Positions 27,680 to 36,465 of a stretch of 64,000 nt of DNA are shown in pieces. Made by a program: the position numbers and the translations under genes. The stretch lies in assembly GCA_045593185.1 (NCBI GenBank), contig JAZNWD010000016.1, forward strand, positions 21,781-85,780, in the 5' to 3' direction. The notes under the pieces were generated by a model. The model was not told the DNA's origin and did not search any database. It saw only the letters and a list, made by a program, of their open reading frames with translations. The stretch's first letter is position 1; each line of letters starts with the position of its first letter. The DNA is from Elusimicrobiaceae bacterium (GTDB lineage: Bacteria; Elusimicrobiota; Elusimicrobia; Elusimicrobiales; Elusimicrobiaceae).

Positions 27680-29740
27680 TTATTTGCTATACAATTGCTC
27701 CTCCAGCAGCGCAATTTTGCGTTGCAATTCTTGCATACGCTCGGCCTTGCACTTGGGGCATTCAAAATGTTCCCCGGCAATGTAGCCGCATTTGGGGCAC
27801 ACGCTAAATGTAGGCGTGATCGAGAAATACGGCAGCGTGTAGCGTTCGCACACAGTTTTGATAAAGCGTTTCATCGCTTCCAAATCTTTAATCCGTTCCC
27901 CGGTAAAGATGTGCTGCACCGTTCCGCCCGTATATTTGGACTGAATGGTACTTTGCAAATCCAACATTTCAAAAACGTCGTCGGTATAGTTTACCGGCAG
28001 TTGGGACGAGTTGGTATAGAACGGTTGGTGCCCTTGTTTGTACAGAGCCTCATTGGCGCAGATGATTTCGGGGTAGCGTTCTTTATCCAGCTTAGCCAAG
28101 CGGTAGGAAGTTCCTTCCGCCGGGGTGGCTTCCAGGTTGTAGTTATTGCCGGTTTCTTCCTGGAATTTAACTAGCGTTTCGCGCATAAACGTAAGTACTT
28201 TTTCAGCAAATTTGCGGCCTTTTTCCGTGCCGATATCTTCGCCAATTAAATTGAGGGCACATTCGTTCAAGCCCACCAGTCCGATGGTAGAAAAGTGGTT
28301 TTTCCAAAATTCGCCAAAGCGTTGGCGGATAGAACGCAGGTAAAAGCTCATGTATGGGTACAAATTCCCCTTGGTAAAGCGCTCAATCACTTTGCGCTTA
28401 ATCTCCAAGCTGGTGCGGGCTACTTCCATGCGGTCTTTCAAGTTGGCAAAGAATTCATCTTCGTCTTTAGACAGATATCCTAAGCGCGGCAAATTGATGG
28501 TTACCACCCCAATGGAACCCGTCAGCGGGGCCGAACCGAACAACCCACCGCCACGTTTGCGCAGCTCGCGGTTATCAATACGCAAACGGCAACACATCGA
28601 GCGGGCATCTTCGGGGTTCATATCCGAATTGATGAAGTTGGCAAAATACGGGATCCCGTACTTAGCCGTCATTTCCCACAGTGGGGTCAATTTGTCATTA
28701 TTCCAATCAAAATCTTTGGTGATGTTATAGGTCGGGATTGGGAATGTAAACACACGGCCTTTGGCGTCACCGGCCAACATAACCTCGCAGAAAGCGCGGT
28801 TAAGCATATCCATTTCTTCTTGGAATTCGCCGTAAGTTTTATCCTGCAATTTCCCACCAATGATTACCGGCTGGTCCTTATAGTAAGAAGGCACCGTTAA
28901 ATCCAAGGTTAAATTGGTAAACGGCGTTTGGAACCCCACGCGGGTGGGAACGTTGACGTTGAACAAAAATTCTTGCAGGGCTTGTTTGACTTCTTCATAA
29001 GAAAGTTTATCATAATAGATAAACGGTGCAAGCAGCGTATCAAAATTGCTAAACGCTTGGGCGCCGGCACTTTCGCCCTGTAATGTATAGAAAAAGTTGA
29101 CTACTTGGCCCAGTGCCGTGCGGAAGTGCTTGGCCGGTTTGCTTTCTGCTTTACCGACAACCCCCGTAAACCCGCTTAAGAGCAAATCTTGCAAGTCCCA
29201 CCCCACACAATAGGCACCTAACAAGCCCAAATCGTGCAAGTGAAAATCCCCTTCGCTATGCATACGGCGGACGTTTTCGGGGTAAATTTTATTGAGCCAA
29301 TATACTTTGCTGATTTCCGATGAAATATAGTTGTTTAACCCTTGGAGCGAGTAGCCCATATTGCTGTTTTCGTTGACTTGCCAGTCAATCTTCTGCAAAT
29401 ATTGGTCTACCAAATCCACGTTAAATTTAGAAGAAATTTCACGCATGCGGGCGTGCTGGTCGCGATAGAGGATATAGGCCTTGGCCGTTTTATGGTAATT
29501 GGAAGTTAATAACACATCTTCCACAATATCCTGTACGTTTTCCACATTGGGGATGGTATCGCAGTAAAGCTGTTGGATAATGTTAATTGCGCGAATCGTT
29601 AGTTTTTTGGCGGTTTCGGCATCAAACTCTCCGGTAGTTTGGGCGGCCTTGGTAATGGCGTTGGTAATTTTTTTCGGTTCAAACCGTTCGGTAGTTCCAT
29701 CGCGCTTGACGATGTGGGTAATCACTTCTGCGTTTTCCAT
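27680..29740 (-). CDS. nrdD: Class III ribonucleotide reductase large subunit with ATP-cone, lacking the RxxGY tail
   Basis: VKRDG ATP-cone, YCVGWD, SMCCRL, LEATPAE, YTGGTV.H, CPKC..CPKC; ends before the glycyl-radical motif. Confidence 0.92.
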   Translation of the reverse strand: MENAEVITHIVKRDGTTERFEPKKITNAITKAAQTTGEFDAETAKKLTIRAINIIQQLYCDTIPNVENVQDIVEDVLLTSNYHKTAKAYILYRDQHARMREISSKFNVDLVDQYLQKIDWQVNENSNMGYSLQGLNNYISSEISKVYWLNKIYPENVRRMHSEGDFHLHDLGLLGAYCVGWDLQDLLLSGFTGVVGKAESKPAKHFRTALGQVVNFFYTLQGESAGAQAFSNFDTLLAPFIYYDKLSYEEVKQALQEFLFNVNVPTRVGFQTPFTNLTLDLTVPSYYKDQPVIIGGKLQDKTYGEFQEEMDMLNRAFCEVMLAGDAKGRVFTFPIPTYNITKDFDWNNDKLTPLWEMTAKYGIPYFANFINSDMNPEDARSMCCRLRIDNRELRKRGGGLFGSAPLTGSIGVVTINLPRLGYLSKDEDEFFANLKDRMEVARTSLEIKRKVIERFTKGNLYPYMSFYLRSIRQRFGEFWKNHFSTIGLVGLNECALNLIGEDIGTEKGRKFAEKVLTFMRETLVKFQEETGNNYNLEATPAEGTSYRLAKLDKERYPEIICANEALYKQGHQPFYTNSSQLPVNYTDDVFEMLDLQSTIQSKYTGGTVQHIFTGERIKDLEAMKRFIKTVCERYTLPYFSITPTFSVCPKCGYIAGEHFECPKCKAERMQELQRKIALLEEQLYSK

Positions 29741-29828
29741 AAATACATGTCCTGATTAAAAAATTGCCGCATAGCGCGGTAAGGTAAATTAAAACAAAAA
29801 CAAACTAAAATTGCAAATCTTTTTATGA

Positions 29829-29995
29829 GGGCCTACATTTTACGTCGAAGAACGACCTAAGCGCGGTTTCCAAAAAACTGCAAACAGTCTGCTTAATAAT
29901 AATTATTACTAATAAGCACGTTTGTGTCAAATATTTTGAGGACCTATATTTTTTTATATAAAAAATAAGCAAATCCCCAAAAGGGCCTAGGCCCT
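29829..29995. promoter_or_regulatory. Cluster of GGNCCTA half-sites upstream of nrdD
   Basis: GGGCCTA 29829, GGACCTA 29940, perfect palindrome AGGGCCTAGGCCCT 29982-29995. Confidence 0.45.
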
Positions 29996-30091
29996 CAAAT
30001 AGCTTGCCAAAACCATAAACTTCATTTTTTATTCGCCCCTTGACGAACGGCCCAAAACTGATTACAATAGTAGAGTATCAAGGAGGAACTT

Positions 30092-30346
30092 ATGGATTTC
30101 TATCAAGTTTGTGTACTCATCGCTGTAGTGGCGTTTGTCGTATTGGTGGTAGTGGCTGTACGCGCTATTTTGCAAATTACCAAAACGGCCCAAGCCGCCG
30201 AATACTTAGTGCTCACCACCGCTGAGAAAGTGGATAAAACCCAAAGCACGTTTGAACTTTTGGACAAAGCGTCCACGTTTGTGGATTCGGGCGTGTACCG
30301 CACCATAGCCATGGGAATTGATTTATTTAAGCGGCTTAAAAAATAA
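30092..30346 (+). CDS. Small membrane protein (DUF948-like)
   Basis: N-terminal TM plus amphipathic helix; AAGGAGG RBS. Confidence 0.65.
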   Translation: MDFYQVCVLIAVVAFVVLVVVAVRAILQITKTAQAAEYLVLTTAEKVDKTQSTFELLDKASTFVDSGVYRTIAMGIDLFKRLKK

Positions 30347-30360
30347 ACTGTTTTGCGCAC

Positions 30361-30391
30361 AAAAATCCCCGGTTTAAGACCGGGGATTTTT
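30361..30391. terminator. Bidirectional intrinsic terminator
   Basis: AAAAATCCCCGGT-5-ACCGGGGATTTTT. Confidence 0.8.
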
Positions 30392-30408
30392 TTAACTTAA
30401 ACTATCTT

Positions 30409-31413
30409 TTAGAACCATTCCGCTTCCATATCGGGTTGTTCTTCTTGGGCCGCTTGGCTTTTGATGTATTTTACATCGTCTATAATGCTTTGTTCAAACT
30501 CTTCAAAAGCACCGCGGGTATTGATGTACTCTCTATATTTTTGCAAGAATTCGGCAATGGTAAAAGTGCCCCCTTGCACATGCACAGCGTGTGCCGCCAA
30601 ATAAGCCCCGGCATAATGAGCCGTTGTGGGGTTTTGTTGTTTAAGCACTTCATAACGTCTTTGTGCACCGGAAACCACCGGCAAAATAGCATCAATGGCT
30701 TTGTGATCTATAACGCCTTGCGGCATGCGGGCATCTTGCAAGAATTCTTTTTCACTGCCTTCTTGATCTTGCACAAACTTGATCAGCAACGGATCAACTT
30801 GGCCAAAATTTTCAATTTGCTCTAACAGCCTTTGCGCAAGGACGGGGTTCGTTACGCGGGCTCCTTCAATCGCAACACGACCGATGCGAGCTTTTCCGCT
30901 GGCAACTACCAGCCGTTCTACGCGGTTGGCAAAGTCTTCAAGTTCGCCTTGTTCTTTCGGGCGGAAGCGCGGGGCTTGTGTGCGTACAAACGGGATGAAC
31001 CCTTGCCCTTTAATTTGATAAGACGCATAGCACAACGCTTTAGGGGTGGCTTCTTCATCCGTCATAAGAGCCATCGGGTCCGCCATTTGAATAAGGATAT
31101 ATTGCGCGATGTAATAATTGTTTGCCTGTTTAGCTACGCTTTCTAAAAAGTACTCATCTTCCGCGCAACGTTTTTGGATTGAATGCGAAGCTAATGCTTT
31201 GGCTACAACCTGAGGACGTGCCTTGCTTATGTGACGTCCAAGACCAGCAATGACGTTACGTTGTATATTTGTATTCTCTATCGGCCCCAGGGATTTCATT
31301 TCAGAGGTTAAAGCCGGTTGTTTTGCAGGATTCTTGCGAACCTGCCAACGAGCTTGGGCCATCACTGTAGTGGATAAACAGATCAGACCAACCAGGATTG
31401 CTACTCTTTTCAT
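30409..31413 (-). CDS. Secreted hypothetical protein, paralog 1 of a tandem family
   Basis: Signal peptide identical to paralog 2; C-terminal GAYLA...FTI.EF domain. Confidence 0.75.
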   Translation of the reverse strand: MKRVAILVGLICLSTTVMAQARWQVRKNPAKQPALTSEMKSLGPIENTNIQRNVIAGLGRHISKARPQVVAKALASHSIQKRCAEDEYFLESVAKQANNYYIAQYILIQMADPMALMTDEEATPKALCYASYQIKGQGFIPFVRTQAPRFRPKEQGELEDFANRVERLVVASGKARIGRVAIEGARVTNPVLAQRLLEQIENFGQVDPLLIKFVQDQEGSEKEFLQDARMPQGVIDHKAIDAILPVVSGAQRRYEVLKQQNPTTAHYAGAYLAAHAVHVQGGTFTIAEFLQKYREYINTRGAFEEFEQSIIDDVKYIKSQAAQEEQPDMEAEWF

Positions 31414-31527
31414 ACATGTTCTCCTTTGTTGCTGCTTTCTAAATTACCTTACACTATTAGTATAGTGGTTTTTCTTCAAAAAATCCATAGGTCAAAGGGC
31501 CTAATGGGGTATAGGTCTTTGTACCCA
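31354..31527. repeat. Duplicated promoter + signal-peptide module, copy 1
   Basis: Near-identical to 32175-32346 (signal-peptide DNA 59/60 identical). Confidence 0.9.
31488..31527. promoter_or_regulatory. Tandem 16-bp operator-like palindromes
   Basis: TAGGTC-AAAG-GGCCTA (31488) and TAGGTC-TTTG-TACCCA (31512), upstream of a minus-strand TATACT. Confidence 0.6.
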
Positions 31528-31554
31528 TAAAAGCCACCTGTTTTCCCATAAAAA

Positions 31555-31579
31555 AGCACCCCGGAGGAATGGGGGTGCT
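31555..31579 (-). terminator. Intrinsic terminator
   Basis: AGCACCCC...GGGGTGCT with T-tract on the minus strand. Confidence 0.65.
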
Positions 31580-31601
31580 ATAGCATAGTGTTTCGCCTTA
31601 C

Positions 31602-32234
31602 TTACGGCTGCGCACGATGGGGTACATTCTCCAACTGTCTAAGCAGTTTGGCGGCCTCCGGCTTTAGGCGTTGTTCTTCGTTTAAATCCTCCACCAGCTG
31701 ATCGGCAAACTGAAGGGTTTCTTCGTCTTGTTGCTCAATCTTATCCCGGTTGCGGTCTACAAATTCCGGGATGGTAAACTCGTACCCGTCCGGCCCCACA
31801 AACTTGTGTACGGCCAGGTAGGCCCCGGCATCCCGCCCTACTTCTGGGTCGCTCTCTTGCAGCAACCGGTAATCCACCTTAAGGGCCGTCACCAGGTTCA
31901 TCTCATCAATCATTCCTTCCTTCAGGGCGGCCTCGTGCTTTTTTACTTCCTGCACAAACTTTTTAAACAGGTTGATCTTTACTTGCTTAGGCGCCATTTT
32001 CATCTTTTCTCCGTGCGACGTACCGCGTTGCATTTCGGTCACGAGCTGTCTGAGAGTCTCTTTATCTAGTAGAGCCGACGACCGGCCTACCAGCATGCCC
32101 GTCTGGGGATCCACCATAAACTGGGGAGTCTCAACAATACGCGAGTTCCTCGGCAGTTGTGGAGTTCCTATCCGTTGGGCCATCACTGTAGTAGATAAAC
32201 AGATCAGACCAACCAGGATTGCTACTCTTTTCAT
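31602..32234 (-). CDS. Secreted hypothetical protein, paralog 2
   Basis: MKRVAILVGLICLSTTVMAQ signal; KVDYRLL...GAYLAV...FTIPEF...QQDEETLQFADQLVED domain. Confidence 0.75.
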   Translation of the reverse strand: MKRVAILVGLICLSTTVMAQRIGTPQLPRNSRIVETPQFMVDPQTGMLVGRSSALLDKETLRQLVTEMQRGTSHGEKMKMAPKQVKINLFKKFVQEVKKHEAALKEGMIDEMNLVTALKVDYRLLQESDPEVGRDAGAYLAVHKFVGPDGYEFTIPEFVDRNRDKIEQQDEETLQFADQLVEDLNEEQRLKPEAAKLLRQLENVPHRAQP

Positions 32235-32346
32235 ACGTTATCTCCTTTCTGCTTCTTTCTAAATTATCTTACACTATTAGTATAGTGGTTTTTCTTCAAA
32301 AAACCATAGGTCAAAGGACCTAATAAGCCCTAGGTCTTTGTACCTA
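32175..32346. repeat. Duplicated promoter + signal-peptide module, copy 2
   Basis: Near-identical to 31354-31527. Confidence 0.9.
32307..32346. promoter_or_regulatory. Tandem 16-bp operator-like palindromes
   Basis: TAGGTC-AAAG-GACCTA (perfect arms, 32307) and TAGGTC-TTTG-TACCTA (32331), 24 bp apart. Confidence 0.65.
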
Positions 32347-32422
32347 GGGTTTTGCAGTAAATTTTCCACAAAAAAGCGCCCCCCAAAGGGGGAGCGCATA
32401 TACTTCTACAGGAGGAAAGAAC

Positions 32423-32875
32423 TCACGGATTAAATCTTCCATTTGTTTCTTTTAAAAGATTTTTAGCTGCGGAGGTCGGTTTGTTTGCAGCGTTAAAATC
32501 TTCCACCAGTTGTTCAGCAAAATCAAGGGTATCTTCATCTTGCTGCGCAATAACATCTCGGTTCTGATCAATAAACTCCAAGATTGTAAATAACCGACCG
32601 TCACTCGTTTCAAACTTGGTGTCCACGGCCAGTTTGGCTCCCACGCGATGGGCCTCTTTGGGATCTTCGCGAAGTAACAACCGGTATTCCACTTTTACTG
32701 CGGTTACAAAGTTCATTACGGTAATTCGGTTGTCTTTCAATTCTTGTTGCAAGTTGGCTACCGCCTCAGCAAACGCCTTGGTATGCGCTTTGGGGTGCAA
32801 AAGCGTCATTTCTTGTGCCAGAGCCGCAGGGGCCAATAACGCCATGGCACACAATACAAACAGTACTTTTTTCAT
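32423..32875 (-). CDS. Secreted hypothetical protein, paralog 3
   Basis: Start moved to ATG 32875 after AGGAGG; KVEYRLL...GAKLAV...FTILEF...QQDEDTLDFAEQLVED domain. Confidence 0.75.
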   Translation of the reverse strand: MKKVLFVLCAMALLAPAALAQEMTLLHPKAHTKAFAEAVANLQQELKDNRITVMNFVTAVKVEYRLLLREDPKEAHRVGAKLAVDTKFETSDGRLFTILEFIDQNRDVIAQQDEDTLDFAEQLVEDFNAANKPTSAAKNLLKETNGRFNP

Positions 32876-32949
32876 AACCAACACCTCCTGTAGTGGTTTT
32901 CCCGTATATTGATAGTATAAGCGTTTTTTGAAAAATTTCAAGGCCCAAA

Positions 32950-32981
32950 AAGCAGGCCCCCTTTTTTGAGGGGGCCTGCTT
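32950..32981 (-). terminator. Intrinsic terminator after the aminopeptidase gene
   Basis: AAGCAGGCCCCCT...AGGGGGCCTGCTT. Confidence 0.75.
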
Positions 32982-32997
32982 GGGAAAACTGGGGCAA

Positions 32998-34200
32998 TTA
33001 GTACTTGAACTGTCCGTTTTCGTACACCACTTTTTTAGTACCGTTTTTAAGCGTAGCGGTAACGGTTTTATTCTCGGTATTGATTAAATCCCAATGCAAA
33101 GAGGAATCATTAAACCCAAGTTTTTCTTTGGCCTTTTTATCCAATTTGCTTTGTGGGCCGGCAAATGTATCGGCATAGCTGGCGCCCACGGCTACGTGGC
33201 AGTTGCCGTATTTGCCGCCAAAGTTTTCATCGTAAAGAATATCGGCCATAAACTTGGTAATTTTAGAAAACCGCCGGTCCGTGAGTGAAAATTCGCCAAT
33301 TTGGCTGGCGCCTTTGTCCATAGCCAACATTTTGCGCACAAATTCGGCCCCTTGCTCGGCCCCGGCCTTTATCACACGCCCGTTTTTAAATTCCAATTTA
33401 ACGCCTTTGACGTAATTGCCACTCCGGTAGGAAGACAAATCGGCAAAGTACACGCCGCGGGTACCGCGCCAATCGGGCGAGGTAAAAATTTCAAACGACG
33501 GGATATTGCACCCACCGCCCGCAATAAAACGGCGTTTTTCACCCAGCAGTACTTCAAAATCCATGTGTTGGGTTTGTACCCGCAGGGTTTTAATCGGCAA
33601 GGCGGAAAGCCATGCACCGATTTCGTTAATTTGTCGGGTAACTTCCTTCCATTTTTTAACGGGATCTTTTTCGTTTAAAAAGCATGCGCGTGCCACTTGG
33701 TTGGCATATTCTTTGACGGATAGCCCCGCCCGTTTGGCCAGTTCTGCCGTGGGGTAATTGCACAATGTCCACGAAAAAAGCCCCTTTTGCTCACGTGCGT
33801 CCAAAATTTCGCGCACGGGTTTGCGGGCCACGGCACTTTTGGCCAATTTAGCCGGATCCACCTTTTTAAGGTGCGTTAAATCCAACGGGGCGTGCAATGC
33901 AATCAGCCCATTGATATTGCCCTGGATTTCTTTTTCCCCCACCGGCAAATAGGCCAGCTGTTTGTCATCAGCTAGTTGATAAAAATCCGTCGTAAAATCT
34001 TCCGGTGCCATCCAACGCAACAACACATTGTAACGTTGTGCCAAAAGCTTGCTGTAAACGGCTTTGGCCAACGGCGCGGCGGCCATATCGGTACGCAACA
34101 AAACGCTATCGTACTTTTTAAATTTTCCGTTGCGCCGGGCCGCTTGCAGGGCCCAAATGAGCACATCGGCATATTTTTGAAGTTGCGAGTTTGTAAACAT
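32998..34200 (-). CDS. Aminopeptidase, family M29 (AmpS/PepS-like)
   Basis: NIPSFEIFTSP, GEFSL, LYDENFG...HVAVG.SY, S.LHWDLI. Confidence 0.9.
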   Translation of the reverse strand: MFTNSQLQKYADVLIWALQAARRNGKFKKYDSVLLRTDMAAAPLAKAVYSKLLAQRYNVLLRWMAPEDFTTDFYQLADDKQLAYLPVGEKEIQGNINGLIALHAPLDLTHLKKVDPAKLAKSAVARKPVREILDAREQKGLFSWTLCNYPTAELAKRAGLSVKEYANQVARACFLNEKDPVKKWKEVTRQINEIGAWLSALPIKTLRVQTQHMDFEVLLGEKRRFIAGGGCNIPSFEIFTSPDWRGTRGVYFADLSSYRSGNYVKGVKLEFKNGRVIKAGAEQGAEFVRKMLAMDKGASQIGEFSLTDRRFSKITKFMADILYDENFGGKYGNCHVAVGASYADTFAGPQSKLDKKAKEKLGFNDSSLHWDLINTENKTVTATLKNGTKKVVYENGQFKY

Positions 34201-34256
34201 AAAAAAGTTCCCCCTTTGCTTATTTAATGATATAATAGCAAATATAGAGGTTTTTT

Positions 34257-35009
34257 ATGAAGAAAATTGCACTTATTTTACTCACTGTTTTGGCATACCT
34301 TCCCGGCTGGGCGACCATTACCCCCCTGCCCGAAATTCAGTTTGACCTTATCTATAACACACAAGGCCACCCGCTGATTCAACCCACACAAAGCGAGCTG
34401 GTTTTGTGTCAGGATCGCTTGTGTATGCAGGCAGCTGCGCTGGGCACGTATGGTGCACAGAAATTTTCCTGCGGGCCCGGGGCCTGCCACGCTACCGCGT
34501 ACGAGTTTTCCCCTTTTGCGCGCTTGGTTTTGATGTTTGAAGACGGCTCCGTACGTACCAGCCAAATTTTCTCCATTCCGGACGGACTTATCACTCCGTT
34601 CAACGTGTACGTCAACGATAAAGAATTATCCGTACAAGCGGTGGATACCCCTCCGCATGAGTTCCTGTGGAAACGCCCGCAGGCATGGGGTTCGCTCGTA
34701 TTGATTTTGATCTTGGAAGTACTCTGCGCCGCCGCGTACGTACTCTATACCAAAAAGAGCTTTGCCATTTTGTACGGCGTAGCGATTGCCAACGTAGTGA
34801 CCACTTTTATTACGTGGGGTTTTTTGGCTCATTGGATTACCCAAAGCGCATTGTTGTGGGTTTTCTGCGTGGTGGTAGAAGCTGTGCTAATTGGGCTTAT
34901 CAACCGCAAGGACCTTTTGCCCAAAGAAGCTGCCCTGCTTAGCGTGATTGTTAACGTAACCAGCTACACACTGGGGATGATTATTTCTTTTACGCTGGCC
35001 CAAATCTAA
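34257..35009 (+). CDS. Hypothetical membrane protein (exported N-domain plus C-terminal TM helices)
   Basis: Signal peptide, Cys pairs, about four C-terminal TMs; GAGG RBS. Confidence 0.7.
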   Translation: MKKIALILLTVLAYLPGWATITPLPEIQFDLIYNTQGHPLIQPTQSELVLCQDRLCMQAAALGTYGAQKFSCGPGACHATAYEFSPFARLVLMFEDGSVRTSQIFSIPDGLITPFNVYVNDKELSVQAVDTPPHEFLWKRPQAWGSLVLILILEVLCAAAYVLYTKKSFAILYGVAIANVVTTFITWGFLAHWITQSALLWVFCVVVEAVLIGLINRKDLLPKEAALLSVIVNVTSYTLGMIISFTLAQI

Positions 35010-35776
35010 AAAATCAGTAATACTACGGCCATGAGTGCCATGCCGCTCAGCACGCCGCTAATCACTTGGTGCCCGTGACCGTAATCGTGCGCGGTGGGCA
35101 ACAATTCATCTAGGGCCAAATACACCATAATCCCGGCCACGGCAGCAAATAGTACGCCCAAAATAGCTTCATGCAAGAAGTAATCTAAAATAAAATATCC
35201 AACCACTGCGCCCACCGGTTCGGCCATGCCGCTGGCCGCACTGGCCCAAAATGCCTTTTTACGGCTGCCGGTAGAGTGATAGACGGGCAACGCCACAGCC
35301 ATACCTTCGGGAATGTTGTGAATAGCCACAGCCAGTGCAATGGAAATTCCCAACGTCAAATTGTCTAGCGCAGAGAAAAACGTGGCCAGCCCCTCCGGAA
35401 AGTTGTGCAGTGTAAGTGCCAAGGCCGTAAACAGTCCGGTCTGTTTAAGTTTAGCGGTTTGTTTAAGTGTTTCTTCTTTTACATGTAACGGCGGCAGGCA
35501 GCGGTCCACCCCAAAAGCCAACATCATCCCCACAAAAAACAGCCCCACACACCCCCACGCACCCGTGCTTGGGCCGTACAAACCACTTAATGTAGTTTTG
35601 GCGTGGGGCAAAATTTCCATAAACGAAACATACAACATCACCCCGGCCGAAAATCCTAGCCCTATTGCGAGGGCTGAAAAATTTTCTTTCTTCATAAAAA
35701 AGGACAACAGTCCCCCCACCGCACTGGCGGCACCGGCAAAAAAACTAAGTAAAAAAGCTATAGTTAAAGCAGTCAT
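35006..35776 (-). CDS. zupT: ZIP-family zinc transporter
   Basis: GFSAGVMLYVSF.EI, LHNFPEGLA, IHNIPEG, LDELLP. Confidence 0.92.
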   Translation of the reverse strand: MTALTIAFLLSFFAGAASAVGGLLSFFMKKENFSALAIGLGFSAGVMLYVSFMEILPHAKTTLSGLYGPSTGAWGCVGLFFVGMMLAFGVDRCLPPLHVKEETLKQTAKLKQTGLFTALALTLHNFPEGLATFFSALDNLTLGISIALAVAIHNIPEGMAVALPVYHSTGSRKKAFWASAASGMAEPVGAVVGYFILDYFLHEAILGVLFAAVAGIMVYLALDELLPTAHDYGHGHQVISGVLSGMALMAVVLLIF

Positions 35777-35824
35777 GGTTTAACTATAGCAAATTGCACG
35801 CCAAAACGGCACTCGTTTTTAAGG

Positions 35825-36400
35825 TTAGAGCAAATAACAAACCATTCCGTCTTCCAAGTCCTGTCCCCTACATGCTACTTGATTACTAGAGAAAGATTTA
35901 CAAAGTTTTTCTGCATCCGAATCCGGAAAACTTACGCAAAGGTTCTGTTTGGTATCAAACGTGTGGTTAAACCAAACGCTCTTGTTTTCATACTCTTCAT
36001 CTTCTCCGTAACGCGACACGCCAACCGAGTCAATTTCCTGAGAATCCAATGTGGTTCCCACTGACATACTATACCCAAAAGGCAAGGGCGGAAAGGTAAC
36101 ATCCAAATCGTTAAAACGAGCCGTATATTTGCCGTTTGCTAAATAGTAAGCTTCCTCCGCTTGAGCAAACGTCTGCAAAATAGCCAAGGCCTGCACCGCG
36201 CGACTTTTTTCCACCGCCTTTTGGTATTGCGGCAACGCCACCGCCGCCAAAATACCAATGATTAACACAACTACTAATAATTCAATTAGTGTGAACGCAC
36301 AGTTGCTAAACAAGGGCGTCATTCCCGAAATTTGTAATCGGGGATGACATCTTGTTATATTTTCTTTTAACCCTAAACGGCTTTGTACTGCATTTTTCAT
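35825..36400 (-). CDS. Type IV pilin-like protein with extended leader containing a palindromic repeat
   Basis: 35-aa leader then A|[31 protein letters not shown]; AAGGAGG RBS. Confidence 0.85.
   Translation of the reverse strand: MKNAVQSRLGLKENITRCHPRLQISGMTPLFSNCAFTLIELLVVVLIIGILAAVALPQYQKAVEKSRAVQALAILQTFAQAEEAYYLANGKYTARFNDLDVTFPPLPFGYSMSVGTTLDSQEIDSVGVSRYGEDEEYENKSVWFNHTFDTKQNLCVSFPDSDAEKLCKSFSSNQVACRGQDLEDGMVCYLL
36317..36347. repeat. CGTC-type palindromic repeat, in frame within the pilin leader
   Basis: CGTCATTCCCGA-AATTTGTAA-TCGGGATGAC; similar to the copy at 48584-48616. Confidence 0.65.
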
Positions 36401-36436
36401 ACATCCTCCTTATGTTTTAATGTCCAGCATAAAAAT

Positions 36437-36465
36437 AGTGTAACAAAAAAAAAAAAACGAAACAA
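36437..36465 (-). promoter_or_regulatory. Putative sigma70 promoter with T13 tract in the spacer
   Basis: Minus strand TTGTTT-cg(T13)gt-TACACT; spacer exactly 17 nt; 36 nt upstream of the pilin ATG. Confidence 0.6.

Noticed and set aside
29741-30091. NrdR boxes upstream of nrdD
   Set aside because: No convincing ACACWATATATWGTG-type palindrome found by eye
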